This document shows positions 61,856 through 64,000 of a stretch of DNA of 64,000 nucleotides, piece by piece. Numbering within the stretch: position 1 is the stretch's first letter; every line of letters starts with the position of its first letter. The position numbers and the translations under genes were made by a program. Below the pieces are notes generated by a model. That model made no database searches. It saw nothing but the letters and a program-made list of their open reading frames with translations, and had not been told where the DNA came from. Source of the DNA: an uncultured archaeon (lineage in GTDB: Archaea > Asgardarchaeota > Lokiarchaeia > Sigyniarchaeales > SOKP01); assembly GCA_964486045.1 (NCBI GenBank), contig CAZALK010000001.1:840242-904241 (forward strand), given 5' to 3'.

Positions 61856-62079
61856 ACCGGTCCGACATTAAAATATTAAATATCTCATGAATGGTATTCT
61901 AATTATATATCTGTAAATAAATCAATATGAAAGAAAAATTTTAACCTATTATTCAAAAATTAAATTTTATATAATGGCCAAAATAAATCTTAAAAAATAT
62001 CTATTTATTACGAAAAGAAATAAATTATAAAGATATTTTGAATTCTAGCAATAGAATTATATTTGAAACTTTGCTCTAA

Positions 62080-62718
62080 ATGAAAAATATTGATTTTTTT
62101 AGGTTAAAACTATACATAAAACTTCATAATTATCTCTATAATAGAATAAGTTCATTATCCACAATAATTAATAATGGGATTCATCCTAAACATAGGATTA
62201 TAAACTATCATAAATTCTTTTTGGATCAAATTGAAAGAGATTCAAAAGTACTTGATATTGGATGCGGAATAGGCATTGTAACTTATGACATTGCTCAAAA
62301 AGCAAAATTTGTTGTGGGAATTGATATAAATGCAAAATCAATCAAAACAGCTTTAAGCCAATTTAAAAAAGAAAATATTAAATATATTATTGGTGATGTG
62401 ACAACTTACCAATTTAATGAAAAATTTGATTATATTATTCTATCTAATGTCTTGGAACATATCAGAGATAGGGTGCCCTTTTTAAAGCGTATTAGAACCA
62501 AGGCTGATTCGATTCTCATTAGAGTTCCGATGATAAATAGATCATGGTTATCACTATATAAAAAGGAATTAGGGTTCGAATATCGACTTGATAAAACCCA
62601 CTGTATTGAATATACAATTGAATTATTTCAATTGGAAATGGAGGAGGCTGATCTTAGAGTTTTAGATTTTAGCATCCAATATGGTGAAATATGGGCAAAA
62701 GTTGGGAAAAAGTCATAA
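62080..62718 (+). CDS. Class I SAM-dependent methyltransferase
   Basis: LDIGCGIG, FDYIILSNVLEHI. Confidence 0.9.
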   Translation: MKNIDFFRLKLYIKLHNYLYNRISSLSTIINNGIHPKHRIINYHKFFLDQIERDSKVLDIGCGIGIVTYDIAQKAKFVVGIDINAKSIKTALSQFKKENIKYIIGDVTTYQFNEKFDYIILSNVLEHIRDRVPFLKRIRTKADSILIRVPMINRSWLSLYKKELGFEYRLDKTHCIEYTIELFQLEMEEADLRVLDFSIQYGEIWAKVGKKS

Positions 62719-62834
62719 CATGTGAAAAAATCATGGTTAATTAATTAAGCTTAATAATTGGAGATTAAGGAAATAAAAAATGTTTAAAATTTATAATTCT
62801 AACATATAATTTAATAATTCAAAAAATTATAAAC

Positions 62835-63581
62835 GTGGTTGATATTAAGGGAGTGATTTTAGCGGGAGGAACGGGGTCAAGGTTATCTCCTTTAACAAAA
62901 GTTACAAATAAGCATCTATTACCTGTTTATAATGAACCTATGATTTATAAAGTAATTAAATCTTTATCTAATTCAGGAATCTCTGATATAATTATCGTTT
63001 TAGGGGGAGAAAGTGTGGGTGATTTTGTAAGGCTTTTAGGAGATGGAAGAGATTTCGATGCAAATATCACATATGTTTATCAGCAAAAAGCAGGGGGTAT
63101 CGCCGAGGCATTATATTTAACCAAAAATATAGTGGAAGGGCATAAAGTAGCTGTTATTCTTGGAGATAATATCTTTGAAGATAATTTTACTGAAGAAATT
63201 AATTTATTTAGAGATTCAGAAGAATACGACTGTATGCTATTTCTAAAGGAGGTTTCAGATCCTGAAAGATTTGGAGTTGCAGAGATTGATAGCCAACATA
63301 GTCTTATCTCTATTGAAGAAAAGCCAAAAAAACCTAAGAGCAACTATGTGGTGACAGGATTGTATCTCTATAATGAAAAGATTTTTGAGATGATAGAAAA
63401 AGTCATAGATGAAATTGGCTATTCTAATAGAGGTGAATTAGAAATAACTGATGTGAATAATTATTATTTAAAGTATGGAAAGATTAAGGCCAACATTATA
63501 GAAGGATTTTGGTCGGATGCGGGTACATTTGAAACACTACTTAGATCTAGTAATTTTATTCAAAAATTAAATAATGAATAA
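62835..63581 (+). CDS. rmlA: Glucose-1-phosphate thymidylyltransferase (short form)
   Basis: LAGGTGSRLSPLT..NKHLLPVY, LGDN, EEKP, RGELEITD, WSDAGT. Confidence 0.92.
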   Translation: MVDIKGVILAGGTGSRLSPLTKVTNKHLLPVYNEPMIYKVIKSLSNSGISDIIIVLGGESVGDFVRLLGDGRDFDANITYVYQQKAGGIAEALYLTKNIVEGHKVAVILGDNIFEDNFTEEINLFRDSEEYDCMLFLKEVSDPERFGVAEIDSQHSLISIEEKPKKPKSNYVVTGLYLYNEKIFEMIEKVIDEIGYSNRGELEITDVNNYYLKYGKIKANIIEGFWSDAGTFETLLRSSNFIQKLNNE

Positions 63582-63608
63582 TTTAAATAAAAAAGGATGA
63601 GAATTATT

Positions 63609-64000
63609 ATGGATTTAATTGAAGGAGTTATAATAAAAAAACTTAATCCTATTTTAGATGAAAGGGGCTATCTTCAAGAGTGCTTTCGTTCAGATTGGGA
63701 ACTCTTTAAGAAATTTGGACAAGCCTATATTACTGTTGCATTTTCTAATGTAGTTAAAGCTTGGCATTCACATAAAATCCAAACAGATAATCTGGTTTGT
63801 ATAGTGGGCAATGCTAAATTAGTGTTATCAGATGATAGGAAGGATTCTTCCACCTACAAAAAAATAAATGAAATCTTTTTTGGGGAAAAAAACCCAATTT
63901 TGATAAGTATCCCCCCTAACATTTGGCATGGTTTTAAGGCTATTGGTGGGAATAGAATTATGGTAATGAATGTACCAACAGAATTATATAATTACTCAAA
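63609..64000 (+). CDS. rmlC: dTDP-4-dehydrorhamnose 3,5-epimerase family protein, partial (runs off window end)
   Basis: Manual translation MDLIEGVIIKKLNPILDERGYLQECFRSDW..VVKAWHSHKIQTD..IPPNIWHGFK. Alternative in-frame ATG at 63597. Confidence 0.85.
   Translation, partial: MDLIEGVIIKKLNPILDERGYLQECFRSDWELFKKFGQAYITVAFSNVVKAWHSHKIQTDNLVCIVGNAKLVLSDDRKDSSTYKKINEIFFGEKNPILISIPPNIWHGFKAIGGNRIMVMNVPTELYNYS

Noticed and set aside
4226-63343. Numerous 60-120 aa ORFs overlapping larger genes (e.g. 4226, 10647, 13217, 19036, 25592, 28106, 30605, 53892, 56672, 63080)
   Set aside because: Antisense or alternate-frame shadows of well-supported CDSs.

Overview
Very AT-rich archaeal-style DNA, most likely an Asgard archaeon (Lokiarchaeia-like). 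This is an inference from the archaeal/eukaryotic-type IleRS, TATA-like promoters and a multi-UEV + RING protein. Almost the whole window is a surface-glycan locus. It carries at least 7 GT4-type glycosyltransferases, several SAM methyltransferases, two asparagine-synthase-like amidotransferases, WecB, a Wzx-type flippase, an ABC-2 exporter, a CDP-3,6-dideoxyhexose operon (rfbFGC-rfbD-like-rfbH), rmlA/rmlC, and five large polytopic membrane proteins with an AglB/STT3-like first loop but no WWDxG motif. Three of these membrane proteins form a ~2.5 kb tandem triplication with three further orphan 3' fragments. The locus shows heavy duplication, collapse and local homogenisation: flippase-tail copies at the duplication junctions, internally deleted gene remnants, an IS-split methyltransferase relic and in-frame microduplications. 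Embedded at 46-57 kb, between direct-orientation copies of an SDR gene pair, is a compact block. It interleaves heptose genes (hddA, gmhA, gmhB, a degenerate HldE-like kinase) with the non-oxidative pentose phosphate pathway (rpe, tal, split tkt), followed by a protein with four E2-like (UEV/RWD) repeats plus a C4HC3-like RING (FANCL-like architecture) and ileS. I recognised no rRNA, tRNA or CRISPR array.
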